Positions 53,316-62,691 of a DNA stretch of 64,000 nt are shown in pieces. Under the pieces are notes generated by a model, which saw only the letters and a program-made list of their open reading frames with translations, did no database searches and had not been told where the DNA came from. The position numbers and the translations under genes were made by a program. The stretch is from an uncultured Erysipelotrichaceae bacterium. Lineage in GTDB: Bacteria; Bacillota_I; Bacilli_A; RFN20; CAG-826. Within the stretch, counting starts at the first letter, position 1. Every line of letters begins with the position of its first letter. The stretch lies in NCBI GenBank assembly GCA_902800355.1, contig CADCEE010000004.1:16175-80174 (forward strand), written 5' to 3'.

Positions 53316-55427
53316 TTATTTTTGCTCTTTTCCTTTTCTTTTTTTGCGGATACGTTTCACCAATAACTTAGTGGTGATTAAGTAAGCACCTAAGCCTACT
53401 CCCGCACCAATGATGACGATAAATAGGACCAAAGAAGAAGTTGGGAGTGGGTCACTCTTAAATTCTTCCCACATCTTCATTACTAATTTATTGTTCTCAC
53501 CAAAGTCCTTCATAACTGCACATCTAATGATGGTGTCAGCGTCTGGATATTGGGTAAAGAATTGTCTTCCAACAGAGAAATTACTATGAGTGGAAATAAT
53601 ATTTCCTTCTTCGTCATAGTGACGGCACATTCCTTCTAGTCCAGCAACATAATCTTCCGCTTCAGGATTAGAATATAAATCAGCGTAATATGAGTCACTA
53701 TAGAAAATCATATCTTCTTCACCATAATCGCTATCAGTTAAAGTGCCGTCGAAGAAATAAGTGAGATCCACAGCGAGCTCTTCATAGTTTTCATCACTAT
53801 TTACAATAGTGAGGTCACCGTATTTCTTATGTTCATCATCTTCGGTTAGGACTGGATGAGAATGTTTGACGTCTAAACAATCCTCTACTGATTCTGGCTC
53901 TTCGACTACTATTACTTCTTTGGTTTCTTTATCAACATATGAATATGGAACAAAATAGTAAAGTAGATATTCGTCACATTCACTTCTATGATTAGCGGTT
54001 TCAGGGTCTAAATCATCCTTCATGAAGTCAGGATAATCTAAAGCAAAGAAATCTTTGTTTTCTTCGACTTCATCATTATGAACCGCGTAGACTTGATAAT
54101 ATTCATAGTTATATTTTTTAACTTCGACTTCTTCATAGATCTCGTCGGTTCTGATATCGTACCAATCTCTAACAAGTTCTAAGATATCTCCACCACCAAT
54201 AAAGGAAGTATAACCTGTATAATCCATATTTTGAGAGGCATTAGCAGGGTCAGACATAAAGTCTAAGAACATTAACGCTAATTCTCTTCTTTCTTCACTT
54301 CTATTATCGTTTTTAGGCATCACCCAAGTATCAAACCAAAGGTTACTGCCAAGTTCAGGGACACAGTAATATAACTCAGATTGATTTTCACCAACTAAGT
54401 TCCCATCTTCAGCTTGATCCATAGAGTAAACCGCATCACCACTCCAAGCAAGGTTAATACCAATCTTGCCAGTAACAATATCTTGTTTACCACTATCAAC
54501 TTCAAGTCCAAAGATATTATTTTTAAGGGTATCTAAAGAGTTTTGAACTTTAGCGACAACAGTAGAGAAATTATCTTCGCTTTCTCCGTTAAATACTTTC
54601 GCATATTCTTGCATATAAGTATCAACATCATAAATACCTTCATCATACATTTCTTTTAAAGAAATGAATTCGTTTTCATAAGCTTTCATAAGTCCGGCCG
54701 CGAAAGTATCTCTCATGGAGTTTTTAATAGAAATTGTTCCGTTATATTTAGAGTTCCATAAACTAGAGAAAGAATAATGCATATCATTAATCACTTCATC
54801 TCTAGAAGTTACTCTACTAGAGAAACCGCTATAATCTGGGTTAAATAAGATACCTAAAGTACCCCACATATAACCAACTGCATAATCTTCTAGTCGAACA
54901 TATTTAGTTTCAGTTTTGCTTGTATCTTTGTTAACTACTTTAACTGGGGCTTCAATATTGTCTAATAAACCTCTAATGGTTGGAGAAGCATATTGTAAAT
55001 AATTTGGAACTTTATCTTCTCTTCTTTGTTCTGGTTCATCTCGATATAAAGGCACTACTAGTCCTTCAGAGACCATCTTTTGGGCCATATAATCAGAAAC
55101 GTTAATTAAATCGTAGTCTGACTTACCGGTTTGTAATTCACTATATAAGGTTTCATTAGTGTCGCTTGTGTCATAAACAACATCGACATTAGCGTATTTA
55201 GAATCAATTTCGCCTTTACTAGCTAAATCTTTAACATAGGCTTTAAATTGGTTCACCATATCCGCTGGAGCGTCAGGGTCACCTTCATTTAAATAGATAT
55301 AGTCTTCACTATTAATGATTTTAAGAGTGAACCTTTCACTAACGCTATCACCACCACAGCTAGTAAGCCCGCTAGACATACCTAAAAAGATAGGAGATAA
55401 AAGAAGAATTTTTGTAATCTTTTTCAT
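53316..55427 (-). CDS. potD: Spermidine/putrescine ABC transporter substrate-binding lipoprotein, enlarged form with C-terminal TM anchor
   Basis: Lipobox LTSC. The PotD-like N-terminal half sits in potABC operon context. There is a long acidic C-terminal region and a terminal TM helix plus KRIRKKRKGKEQK tail; 703 aa. Confidence 0.7.
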   Translation of the reverse strand: MKKITKILLLSPIFLGMSSGLTSCGGDSVSERFTLKIINSEDYIYLNEGDPDAPADMVNQFKAYVKDLASKGEIDSKYANVDVVYDTSDTNETLYSELQTGKSDYDLINVSDYMAQKMVSEGLVVPLYRDEPEQRREDKVPNYLQYASPTIRGLLDNIEAPVKVVNKDTSKTETKYVRLEDYAVGYMWGTLGILFNPDYSGFSSRVTSRDEVINDMHYSFSSLWNSKYNGTISIKNSMRDTFAAGLMKAYENEFISLKEMYDEGIYDVDTYMQEYAKVFNGESEDNFSTVVAKVQNSLDTLKNNIFGLEVDSGKQDIVTGKIGINLAWSGDAVYSMDQAEDGNLVGENQSELYYCVPELGSNLWFDTWVMPKNDNRSEERRELALMFLDFMSDPANASQNMDYTGYTSFIGGGDILELVRDWYDIRTDEIYEEVEVKKYNYEYYQVYAVHNDEVEENKDFFALDYPDFMKDDLDPETANHRSECDEYLLYYFVPYSYVDKETKEVIVVEEPESVEDCLDVKHSHPVLTEDDEHKKYGDLTIVNSDENYEELAVDLTYFFDGTLTDSDYGEEDMIFYSDSYYADLYSNPEAEDYVAGLEGMCRHYDEEGNIISTHSNFSVGRQFFTQYPDADTIIRCAVMKDFGENNKLVMKMWEEFKSDPLPTSSLVLFIVIIGAGVGLGAYLITTKLLVKRIRKKRKGKEQK

Positions 55428-56284
55428 TATCCGACCCTCCTTTTAGCCATATTAAGCTTTTTATCTTGATGGTTACGATAAATCGTAATTCCAATAACCG
55501 CTAAAATAACAGCGACAAATAAAATTGTGGTTAAGGCTCTCATTTCTGGAGGAATTGGACCCTTTTTAATCTTAGCCTGAACTAAGGTTGATAAGGTTTC
55601 AATATTCTTACTTCCAGAAAGTAAACCACTACCTCTAGTAAAAGCGGTAACAATAAAGTCATCTAAAGATAAAGTAATCGAAAGTAAGAAGCCAGATAAC
55701 ACACCAGGCATAATCTCAGGAACAATGACTTTAAATAAAGCTTTTGAAGGAGATGCACCTAAATCTAAAGCAGCCTCATATAGACTTGGATCCATTTGTT
55801 GTAATTTTGGTTTAACAGAAATATAGACAAATGGTAAAGATAAACAGCAATGACCAATTAATAAGGTCCAGAATGAGAATATATAACTATCTCCACCCAT
55901 AGCCTTAAAGATTTTTCCTAAGAAAACAAACATTACTGTTAAAGAGAACGCCACAACGATTTCCGCATTAACAACTGGAATTTGAGTGGCTAAATCTAAG
56001 GCATTTCTCATTCTGCGTTTAGAATAATACGCACCAATCGCGCCTAAAGTACCAATAATAGTACTAACCACCGCAGAAATAAGAGCGATTAAGACAGTGT
56101 TGCCTAGGGCAATCATAATTTCCTTTGATTGGAATAATCTCGGGAATAAATTGAAAGAGAATCCTGCCCATTGTCCAATATTTACTGATTCAGTAAATGA
56201 GAAGGCAATTAACACTAAAACAGGAAGATACATTAAGATCAAAATAAGCCAAATATAGGACTTACCAATAATTTTCTTTACCAT
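55427..56284 (-). CDS. potC: Spermidine/putrescine ABC transporter permease
   Basis: 6 TM helices, EAA-loop-like SLYEAALDLGASPSKALFKV. Confidence 0.85.
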   Translation of the reverse strand: MVKKIIGKSYIWLILILMYLPVLVLIAFSFTESVNIGQWAGFSFNLFPRLFQSKEIMIALGNTVLIALISAVVSTIIGTLGAIGAYYSKRRMRNALDLATQIPVVNAEIVVAFSLTVMFVFLGKIFKAMGGDSYIFSFWTLLIGHCCLSLPFVYISVKPKLQQMDPSLYEAALDLGASPSKALFKVIVPEIMPGVLSGFLLSITLSLDDFIVTAFTRGSGLLSGSKNIETLSTLVQAKIKKGPIPPEMRALTTILFVAVILAVIGITIYRNHQDKKLNMAKRRVG

Positions 56285-57129
56285 GATCCGCCCTCCTTTT
56301 TGCCTTCTTTAGAAGACTTTTGAGAGATGAGCATAGTTAAACCAATAAACACTAACATGACTAAGGCCATAAATGAGCCATCATGCCATGCTTTATTAGT
56401 GAATTCTAATTCAATATAATTACCGAATAAGGTAATCTTGCCTTCTGATAAAACATCAGAAATAACATAGCTAGACATTGTTGGCATAAATGTCATTAAG
56501 CAAGCAGAAACAATACCAGGGAAAGCTTGAGGAAGAATATTCTTAATAAAGACTTGAGTTGGATTAGCACCTAAATCTCTAGCAGCTTCAATTTGTGATT
56601 TATCTAACTTCAACATCGTTGTGTATAAAGGAAGGATCACAAATGGTAAATAGTTTTGCACCATACCAATTAAAGTGGCGATATAAGGGTGATTACCACC
56701 ATTAATACCCATCCAAGTTAATAAGTCACGAGTGGCACCAGTACGCAAGACGAAGTTAATCCACATCGGAGCAATAAATAAAGTCACTAAAACCGCATTC
56801 TTATTGACTTTCTTGTCCGCTAAGAAATAGGCAAGAGGAAAACCAATTAACAAGCATATTAATGTTGTTAAAGTAGCAATAAATAAGGAGACAAATAAAA
56901 CGTTCCATTTGCTCCAACTAGTAAAGAAATTTAAAAACGCTTGGCCAGAGGCAGAAATATATTTCACTCCAGTTACAGGGTCAGTGTATTCATAGGTGAA
57001 AGCATAAAATAAGACAATCCCTATCGGCACAATAATGAATAACACTAAAAAGACGATGTAAGGAATCGATAAATATTTTCTTTGTAAGGTGAAAAAGCGT
57101 TTCGCCTTATTCGACTTCATATCTATCAA
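56278..57129 (-). CDS. potB: Spermidine/putrescine ABC transporter permease
   Basis: 6 TM helices, EAA-loop-like SQIEAARDLGANPTQVFIKN. Confidence 0.85.
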   Translation of the reverse strand: MIDMKSNKAKRFFTLQRKYLSIPYIVFLVLFIIVPIGIVLFYAFTYEYTDPVTGVKYISASGQAFLNFFTSWSKWNVLFVSLFIATLTTLICLLIGFPLAYFLADKKVNKNAVLVTLFIAPMWINFVLRTGATRDLLTWMGINGGNHPYIATLIGMVQNYLPFVILPLYTTMLKLDKSQIEAARDLGANPTQVFIKNILPQAFPGIVSACLMTFMPTMSSYVISDVLSEGKITLFGNYIELEFTNKAWHDGSFMALVMLVFIGLTMLISQKSSKEGKKEGGSW

Positions 57130-58636
57130 TATTTCCTTTCAATGTAAGAGAAATCTTTTCTGGTTTGACAATAACAGAAACTAAATCGCCTTCATTCCAA
57201 GTATCTTGGGTATCAACGACAAAGTCTTCTTCTTCTTTAGTACGGACAATAACTTGCCAGTGATCACCAATATAAATAGTAGAAACCACGACACCGTTAG
57301 CGTTACCGTTATCATAACCATCCACAATTTCAATATCGCCTAAGCCGATTTCAGCGATGACATCCGCATCATCTAAATCATATTTTTTGCCGTTATCTGC
57401 AATTAAATATAATTCATCATCAACGTGGGATCCTTTTAATAGTTGAGTTACATCAACATCAAAAGAAGCATCAGAAATAATAAGCTTATTGTTTTTATCT
57501 AGATAAGCTTCTGGATATAAGTTCTTGGTTAATTCTTTCTTCATGATTTGGATATTCTCTGGTTCAAAATCAATATAAACAAGAGAATTATCTCCATAAT
57601 CTTTAGTGGATTGAGCCACTATTTCAGATTTACCAACTTCTAACACGTATTCATAATGAATACCTTTAAAGATTTTGGTTACAATTTTTGCAGTTAATTT
57701 ATCAGATTTTGGTTCACCAGTAACTTTAGTCATTTCCACGTCTTCTGGTCTCACCACAACATCCACTTTTTCGTTTAATGGGAAATCATCAACACAGTCA
57801 AAAACATGATTTAAAAATTTAACTTTGAGTTTACCCACCATAGTGGCGTTATAAATATTAGATTCACCAATAAAGTTAGCGACATATGCACTAACTGGTT
57901 CATTATAAATATCTATTGGAGTACCAACTTGTTGGATTTCTCCGCTTTTCATAACCACAATTGTGTCAGACATCGTTAAAGCTTCTTCTTGGTCGTGAGT
58001 AACATAAATAAAGGTAATACCTAATTTCTTATGCATCTCTTTTAACTCGAGTTGCATTTCTTTTCTCATCTTGAGATCTAATGCCCCTAAAGGTTCATCT
58101 AGAAGTAAGATTTCTGGTTCATTAACAATCGCTCTAGCAATCGCCACTCTTTGTTGTTGCCCACCCGATAAAGTAGAGATATCACGAGTTTCAAGATCTT
58201 CTAAATCAATAATTTTTAAAGCGCGCATCACTTTCGCATCAATCTCTTCACGAGTGAAATGACGCATCTTGGTCACTACTGTTCCATCTTTTTTAGTTTT
58301 TTCATATGGAATCTTTTTAAGCTTTAAACCAAATGCGACATTATCATAAACATTTAGATATGGAAATAATGCATATCTTTGGAAGACCGTATTAATTGGT
58401 CTTTTGTGTGGAGGAATGCGAGTGATATCCTCACCATTTAATAAAATTTGTCCACTTGTTGGAGTTTCAAAACCCGCAATCATACGAAGGGTCGTAGTCT
58501 TTCCACATCCAGAAGGACCTAAAAAGGTAACAAATTCACCTTTAGTAATGTCAAGGTTAAAGTCACTAACGACAGTGTTGCCGTCATAAACTTTGTTCAC
58601 ACCTTGAAGTGAGATAATACAGTTTTCTTTCGCCAT
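57107..58636 (-). CDS. potA: Spermidine/putrescine ABC transporter ATP-binding protein (extended form)
   Basis: GPSGCGKTT, LSGGQQQRVAIARA, LLLDEPLGALD. At 509 aa it has an insertion in the helical subdomain and a long C-terminal region. Confidence 0.88.
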   Translation of the reverse strand: MAKENCIISLQGVNKVYDGNTVVSDFNLDITKGEFVTFLGPSGCGKTTTLRMIAGFETPTSGQILLNGEDITRIPPHKRPINTVFQRYALFPYLNVYDNVAFGLKLKKIPYEKTKKDGTVVTKMRHFTREEIDAKVMRALKIIDLEDLETRDISTLSGGQQQRVAIARAIVNEPEILLLDEPLGALDLKMRKEMQLELKEMHKKLGITFIYVTHDQEEALTMSDTIVVMKSGEIQQVGTPIDIYNEPVSAYVANFIGESNIYNATMVGKLKVKFLNHVFDCVDDFPLNEKVDVVVRPEDVEMTKVTGEPKSDKLTAKIVTKIFKGIHYEYVLEVGKSEIVAQSTKDYGDNSLVYIDFEPENIQIMKKELTKNLYPEAYLDKNNKLIISDASFDVDVTQLLKGSHVDDELYLIADNGKKYDLDDADVIAEIGLGDIEIVDGYDNGNANGVVVSTIYIGDHWQVIVRTKEEEDFVVDTQDTWNEGDLVSVIVKPEKISLTLKGNIDRYEVE

Positions 58637-58773
58637 ATTTAATCCCTAGCCTTTCAAAAAATCAGTGAGAATATTTATTCAATATTTCGCAAAAAAATAT
58701 AAAGGAAAAATAATTAAAAAACAAATAAAAATTTTGCTAACTTTTTTCTAAGTTGATTTTTGAGGAGGTCAAA

Positions 58774-58857
58774 ATGTTAAAAAGATATGATGTAATCAAG
58801 TTTTTGTTTAAATTATTTTTTTCAAAAAATTGCTTATTTTTTTATCAACTTTTTTGA
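58774..58857 (+). CDS. Candidate 27-aa small ORF with strong SD, hypothetical
   Basis: GAGGAGG lies 6 nt upstream of the ATG. Peptide MLKRYDVIKFLFKLFFSKNCLFFYQLF; 37 nt upstream of the lipoprotein gene. Confidence 0.25.
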   Translation: MLKRYDVIKFLFKLFFSKNCLFFYQLF

Positions 58858-58894
58858 CTAAAAACTCGATTTGAAATATACTTAAGAAAACAAT

Positions 58895-59938
58895 ATGAAA
58901 AAATCACTACTATTTTTGTCAATTTTAACTAGTATTTCCTTAGCCTCTTGTGGGGGTGACGATGTCGATACCAGCAAGATTGCTTTAGACTATGGTTATG
59001 AATATAAAAACGACATTGTCTCCGCAGATGAATTAGAGATTGGTTACTCCTCTTTAGTGAACCTAATTGACAATCAAGAAAGTTTTGTTTTATTAATCTT
59101 CCATAATCGTACATGTCTTTGCTGGGAAGGCTTCAGTCCTTTAGCTGTCCAATTCATGAATAAATATAATTTAAGATTCTACGCGTTTGATAACGCTTTA
59201 TTAGAAGGAGAGAATAATTATGGTATTTATCGCGGCACTGACGCGATGCCTGGTATCTGCTTCTTCAGAAGAGGAACTTTAATAAGACAATCAATCTATG
59301 GGAAAATAGACATCAATCATCGTAATTTCTTTAAATATTATGAAGATTTAGAGAAATATATGTTTGATAATATCTACCTACCAAAAATGTATTATATCGA
59401 CTCTACCTTATTAGATGAAAAGATCGCTAATAATGAAAAGATTAATCTTTATATCGCTAGAAGCGGATGTGGAGATTGTAAAAAAGTTAATAAGAGCTAT
59501 TTATATAGTTGGTCTGAAAGTAAAAAAGAAACCACTCTTACAAATAACTTATATATCTTTGATATAGAAAAATATAGAGGCACAGATGAATATCAAACCA
59601 TCAAAGATAAATACGGCTTATCTGTTGCAGGTAATCCAACCTTTGGTTTTGATACTGGATATATTCCAACATTCCAAAGAATTGAAAACGGTCATATTAA
59701 AGACATGATTACTGTACTAAATGATCAAGGAGATAAAGAGACTGGTTTAGTGACTTCTTATTTTAATGATAGTAGAATCGCAAGTAGCCCAATCTTATCT
59801 ACTGCAGGCTTTGCAAGTCTTGACGGCACCACTGTTGATGCTTCTTTGATTAAACCTTGGGGATCAATCGATCAAGAAAAACAATATGAATGGCATTTAC
59901 CTGCCATCCAACTATATTTTGATACATACGTGAAATAA
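58895..59938 (+). CDS. Lipoprotein with CxxC motif (possible thioredoxin-like fold)
   Basis: Lipobox LASC. Cys pairs CLC (aa ~74-76) and SGCGDCKKV (CxxC). Confidence 0.6.
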   Translation: MKKSLLFLSILTSISLASCGGDDVDTSKIALDYGYEYKNDIVSADELEIGYSSLVNLIDNQESFVLLIFHNRTCLCWEGFSPLAVQFMNKYNLRFYAFDNALLEGENNYGIYRGTDAMPGICFFRRGTLIRQSIYGKIDINHRNFFKYYEDLEKYMFDNIYLPKMYYIDSTLLDEKIANNEKINLYIARSGCGDCKKVNKSYLYSWSESKKETTLTNNLYIFDIEKYRGTDEYQTIKDKYGLSVAGNPTFGFDTGYIPTFQRIENGHIKDMITVLNDQGDKETGLVTSYFNDSRIASSPILSTAGFASLDGTTVDASLIKPWGSIDQEKQYEWHLPAIQLYFDTYVK

Positions 59939-59944
59939 TATTTA

Positions 59945-60952
59945 TTATTCTTCTTTAATAATGAGATCGAAGTAACTATCGATCTTTTTATTTAACTCAT
60001 TTAATAACATCGACTTAGTATTAGAGTCAGAAAATGAAGCGTTGATAGAATTAGTGAGTAAGTGTCTTACTTCATATTTTTGTAAATTAAATTCTTTATA
60101 TAAATGTCTATATTCTTTTAAGACATCAGTATTACTAACAGTCATATTATCGGAGTTAATAGTAACCGCGATTCCATATTTATCAAACTCTCTTAAAGGC
60201 ACTGATTTATATTCAGGAAGTGAGGTTGTTTGTAGGTTACTGGTAGGACAGAATTCAAATGTGATTCTTTTCTCCACCATCTTCTTTACATTTTCTCTAG
60301 TAAGTTCTAAATGGACACCATGCCCAATTCTTTGAGCGTGAAGAAGATCAACCGCTCTAATAACTTCATCACTACCACATGCTTCTCCAGCATGAATGAT
60401 AATATTTAAATTAAGTCTTTTAGCTTCATCAAATAAAGGGGTATAAAAGTCACCAGTATGGAACTTCTCAGGACCAGCTAAATCAACAGAAACTACTTTT
60501 TTTGTACGATATTTGTCGGCTAATTTAATAGTTTCCATATTTATTTCGTCTGAAGCCTGCCTCATACAACAAAGAATCAAATTAGCGTCAAAACCAACTT
60601 TTTCTTTTAAAGCAAAATTAAGCCCAGAGATTGCTGATATAACTGCATTTTCTTGAGACATTCCTTTTAAAGTATGAAGCTGAGGAGCAAATCTAATTTC
60701 CGCATAAATATAGCCAGAATTATATAATCGATTCACTAAACTAGTAACCACATAAGCAATAGAAAATTCATCTTGAAGTAATGAACATGGTAGGTCAAAT
60801 CTAGTTAAGTATTCTTCTAAAGATGTACAGCCTTCTGGAACATAAACATTCTCTGGAAAATTATCACCTAAATAAATGTGATTTCTTTCAGATAAATAAT
60901 TAAAATCTTCTATAGATAAAGAGCCGTCTAAATGTAAATGTAAATCAATCAT
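59945..60952 (-). CDS. add: Adenosine deaminase
   Basis: IDLHLHLDGS, IIHAGE, TINSDNMTV motifs; 335 aa. Confidence 0.92.
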   Translation of the reverse strand: MIDLHLHLDGSLSIEDFNYLSERNHIYLGDNFPENVYVPEGCTSLEEYLTRFDLPCSLLQDEFSIAYVVTSLVNRLYNSGYIYAEIRFAPQLHTLKGMSQENAVISAISGLNFALKEKVGFDANLILCCMRQASDEINMETIKLADKYRTKKVVSVDLAGPEKFHTGDFYTPLFDEAKRLNLNIIIHAGEACGSDEVIRAVDLLHAQRIGHGVHLELTRENVKKMVEKRITFEFCPTSNLQTTSLPEYKSVPLREFDKYGIAVTINSDNMTVSNTDVLKEYRHLYKEFNLQKYEVRHLLTNSINASFSDSNTKSMLLNELNKKIDSYFDLIIKEE

Positions 60953-61039
60953 AATTTTTTCCTCAACAACATAATAAACAAAAAGTATTTAAAATTAAAG
61001 TCGTTTGAATTATCATTAAAACGAAAGGACTTAATTTAT

Positions 61040-61480
61040 ATGGCAAAAGATCCAAATAAGAAAGGATTCTTTGGTGAGTTCAAAGAATTCATTACCCGTG
61101 GTAACGTCATGGATATGGCCGTTGGTGTCATTATCGGTGGTGCGTTTACCGCGATTGTCACAGCCTTAACTGGTGGCATTCTTCAACCATTAATTAACTA
61201 TTTAATTGGTGGTAGCGGAGGATTAGAAAACGCTAGAACTGTCTTAGGTAATAGAGTACTCAACGACCTTGGTGAAACCGACTGGGCTAAGACCAACTAC
61301 ATCGACTGGGGAGCATTTATCTCTGCTGTTATCAACTTCTTATTAGTCGCTCTCATCCTCTTCATCATTATTAAGGTCATTAATAGTGTTCATAGAAAAG
61401 GGCTTGAAGCTAAAGCTAAATTAGAAGCAAAAGCAAAGAACGAAGAAGCTCCTGCAGAAGAAGAAAAGAAAGCTGAATAA
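61040..61480 (+). CDS. mscL: Large-conductance mechanosensitive channel
   Basis: FKEFITRGNVMDMAVGVIIGGAF N-terminus, two TM helices, charged C-terminal helix. Confidence 0.93.
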   Translation: MAKDPNKKGFFGEFKEFITRGNVMDMAVGVIIGGAFTAIVTALTGGILQPLINYLIGGSGGLENARTVLGNRVLNDLGETDWAKTNYIDWGAFISAVINFLLVALILFIIIKVINSVHRKGLEAKAKLEAKAKNEEAPAEEEKKAE

Positions 61481-61490
61481 TTCTATTCTT

Positions 61491-61529
61491 AAAAAGAATA
61501 ACTCGGTTTGACCCGAGTTATTTTTTTAA
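61491..61529. terminator. Bidirectional rho-independent terminator
   Basis: AATAACTCGG-tttgac-CCGAGTTATT, flanked by an A-run and a T-run, between convergent genes. Confidence 0.85.
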
Positions 61530-61952
61530 TTTTTTAGCAATTGATTCCACTGCTTTTTTTATTCTTTGATAAACGTATTCAAATCTATCTGTATACCATG
61601 GGTCTTCTATTTCAATATTATCTAAAAATTCAGTAATTAGATGATATTTATCACTAGGCCCAAATAATTTTTCTAAATAATATAAATTATTCCTATCCAT
61701 ATAGAAAATGTAATCAGCAGATTCAAATTCACTTCTAGAGATTCTAGTAGCGGAATGATATACATCGTCATAACCATGATTATGTAGCACTCTTTTCATA
61801 GGAGGATAGATGTCATTACCTATTTCTTCTAATGAAGTCGCTCTACTTGATACATTAATGTCTAATTTATTTACTTTAACTAAGTCAGAAAAAAGAATCT
61901 CCGCTACAGGGGATCGACAAATATTTCCGTGACATATAAAAATAATATTCAT
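61518..61952 (-). CDS. Low-molecular-weight protein-tyrosine phosphatase
   Basis: Start at MNIIFICHGNICRSPVAE (CX5R-S P-loop); DPWY acid loop. Confidence 0.88.
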   Translation of the reverse strand: MNIIFICHGNICRSPVAEILFSDLVKVNKLDINVSSRATSLEEIGNDIYPPMKRVLHNHGYDDVYHSATRISRSEFESADYIFYMDRNNLYYLEKLFGPSDKYHLITEFLDNIEIEDPWYTDRFEYVYQRIKKAVESIAKKLKK

Positions 61953-61970
61953 ATTATAAGTATAACAAAA

Positions 61971-61988
61971 GGAGACCATAAGGTCTCC
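61971..61988 (-). terminator. Rho-independent terminator after the yafQ-like toxin gene
   Basis: On the minus strand: GGAGACC-ttat-GGTCTCC followed by TTTTGTTAT. Confidence 0.75.
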
Positions 61989-61999
61989 TAAATATTTTG

Positions 62000-62278
62000 C
62001 TAATTGAACAGGTCGGAGTGAGATCCAGTTCTAGATAATGTAAGAATTAAAGAATTGTTTTCGATTGTATAGATTAATAACCAATCAGGTTCAATGTGAC
62101 ACTCTCTTAAGCCAATAAACTCGCCAGCTAATGCATGGTCTCGATATTTATCTTCTAGATTCTCGCAATTAGCTAATTTAGAAATAACAAGATCTAGTTT
62201 CTCAATTTTAAATCCGCGTTTAATGGCCTTTTTATAATCTTTCTTAAAACTATTAGTCCATTTAACAATCAATGTCAT
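62000..62278 (-). CDS. yafQ: Type II toxin, YafQ/RelE family mRNA interferase
   Basis: 92 aa. KKDYKKAIKRG, HALAGEFIGLRECHIEPDWLLIY, RTGSHSDLF. Confidence 0.85.
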   Translation of the reverse strand: MTLIVKWTNSFKKDYKKAIKRGFKIEKLDLVISKLANCENLEDKYRDHALAGEFIGLRECHIEPDWLLIYTIENNSLILTLSRTGSHSDLFN

Positions 62279-62550
62279 CTCTTGAGTTCGTCAAGCGCTT
62301 CTTCTAGAGAATATCCTTTATAATTAGGATTGTTTAATATTTCTCTAGTTTCTTCAATAGCTTTTAGAGTTTCTTTGTTAGGGGTCACTGTAGTAACAGC
62401 GAAAGGTAGACCTTTCTCTCTAACAGATTGTCTTAAGAAAATATTAAAAGCTGTAGTAAGTGTCATGCCTAAGCTTTCAAACAAGCTTGTGGCCTCATCT
62501 TTTAAATCTTTGTCAATTCTGAAACTTACATTAGAAATACTTTTACTCAT
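62275..62550 (-). CDS. dinJ: Type II antitoxin, RelB/DinJ family
   Basis: FRIDKDLKDEATSLFESLGMTLTTAFNIFLRQ (RHH). The stop overlaps the toxin start by 4 nt. Confidence 0.85.
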   Translation of the reverse strand: MSKSISNVSFRIDKDLKDEATSLFESLGMTLTTAFNIFLRQSVREKGLPFAVTTVTPNKETLKAIEETREILNNPNYKGYSLEEALDELKR

Positions 62551-62645
62551 ATATAGTACCTCCTCTCAACTTTATTATATATTATTGCAACGTAATTACA
62601 ATGTTATTTCAATGCAAATAGCATTATATAAGAATACAAGGAAGC

Positions 62646-62672
62646 AAATAAAAAGGAGACATTTCTGTCTCC
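62646..62672 (-). terminator. Rho-independent terminator after fba
   Basis: On the minus strand: GGAGACA-gaaa-TGTCTCC followed by TTTTTATTT. Confidence 0.85.
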
Positions 62673-62691
62673 TATAATTTAATAAATTAAA

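Noticed and set aside
52903-53385. Plus-strand ORFs 52903-53133 (76 aa) and 53182-53385 (67 aa)
   Set aside because: They run antisense across three minus-strand tRNA genes (Pro, Arg, Cys). The open frames result from the GC-rich tRNA sequence and are not coding.
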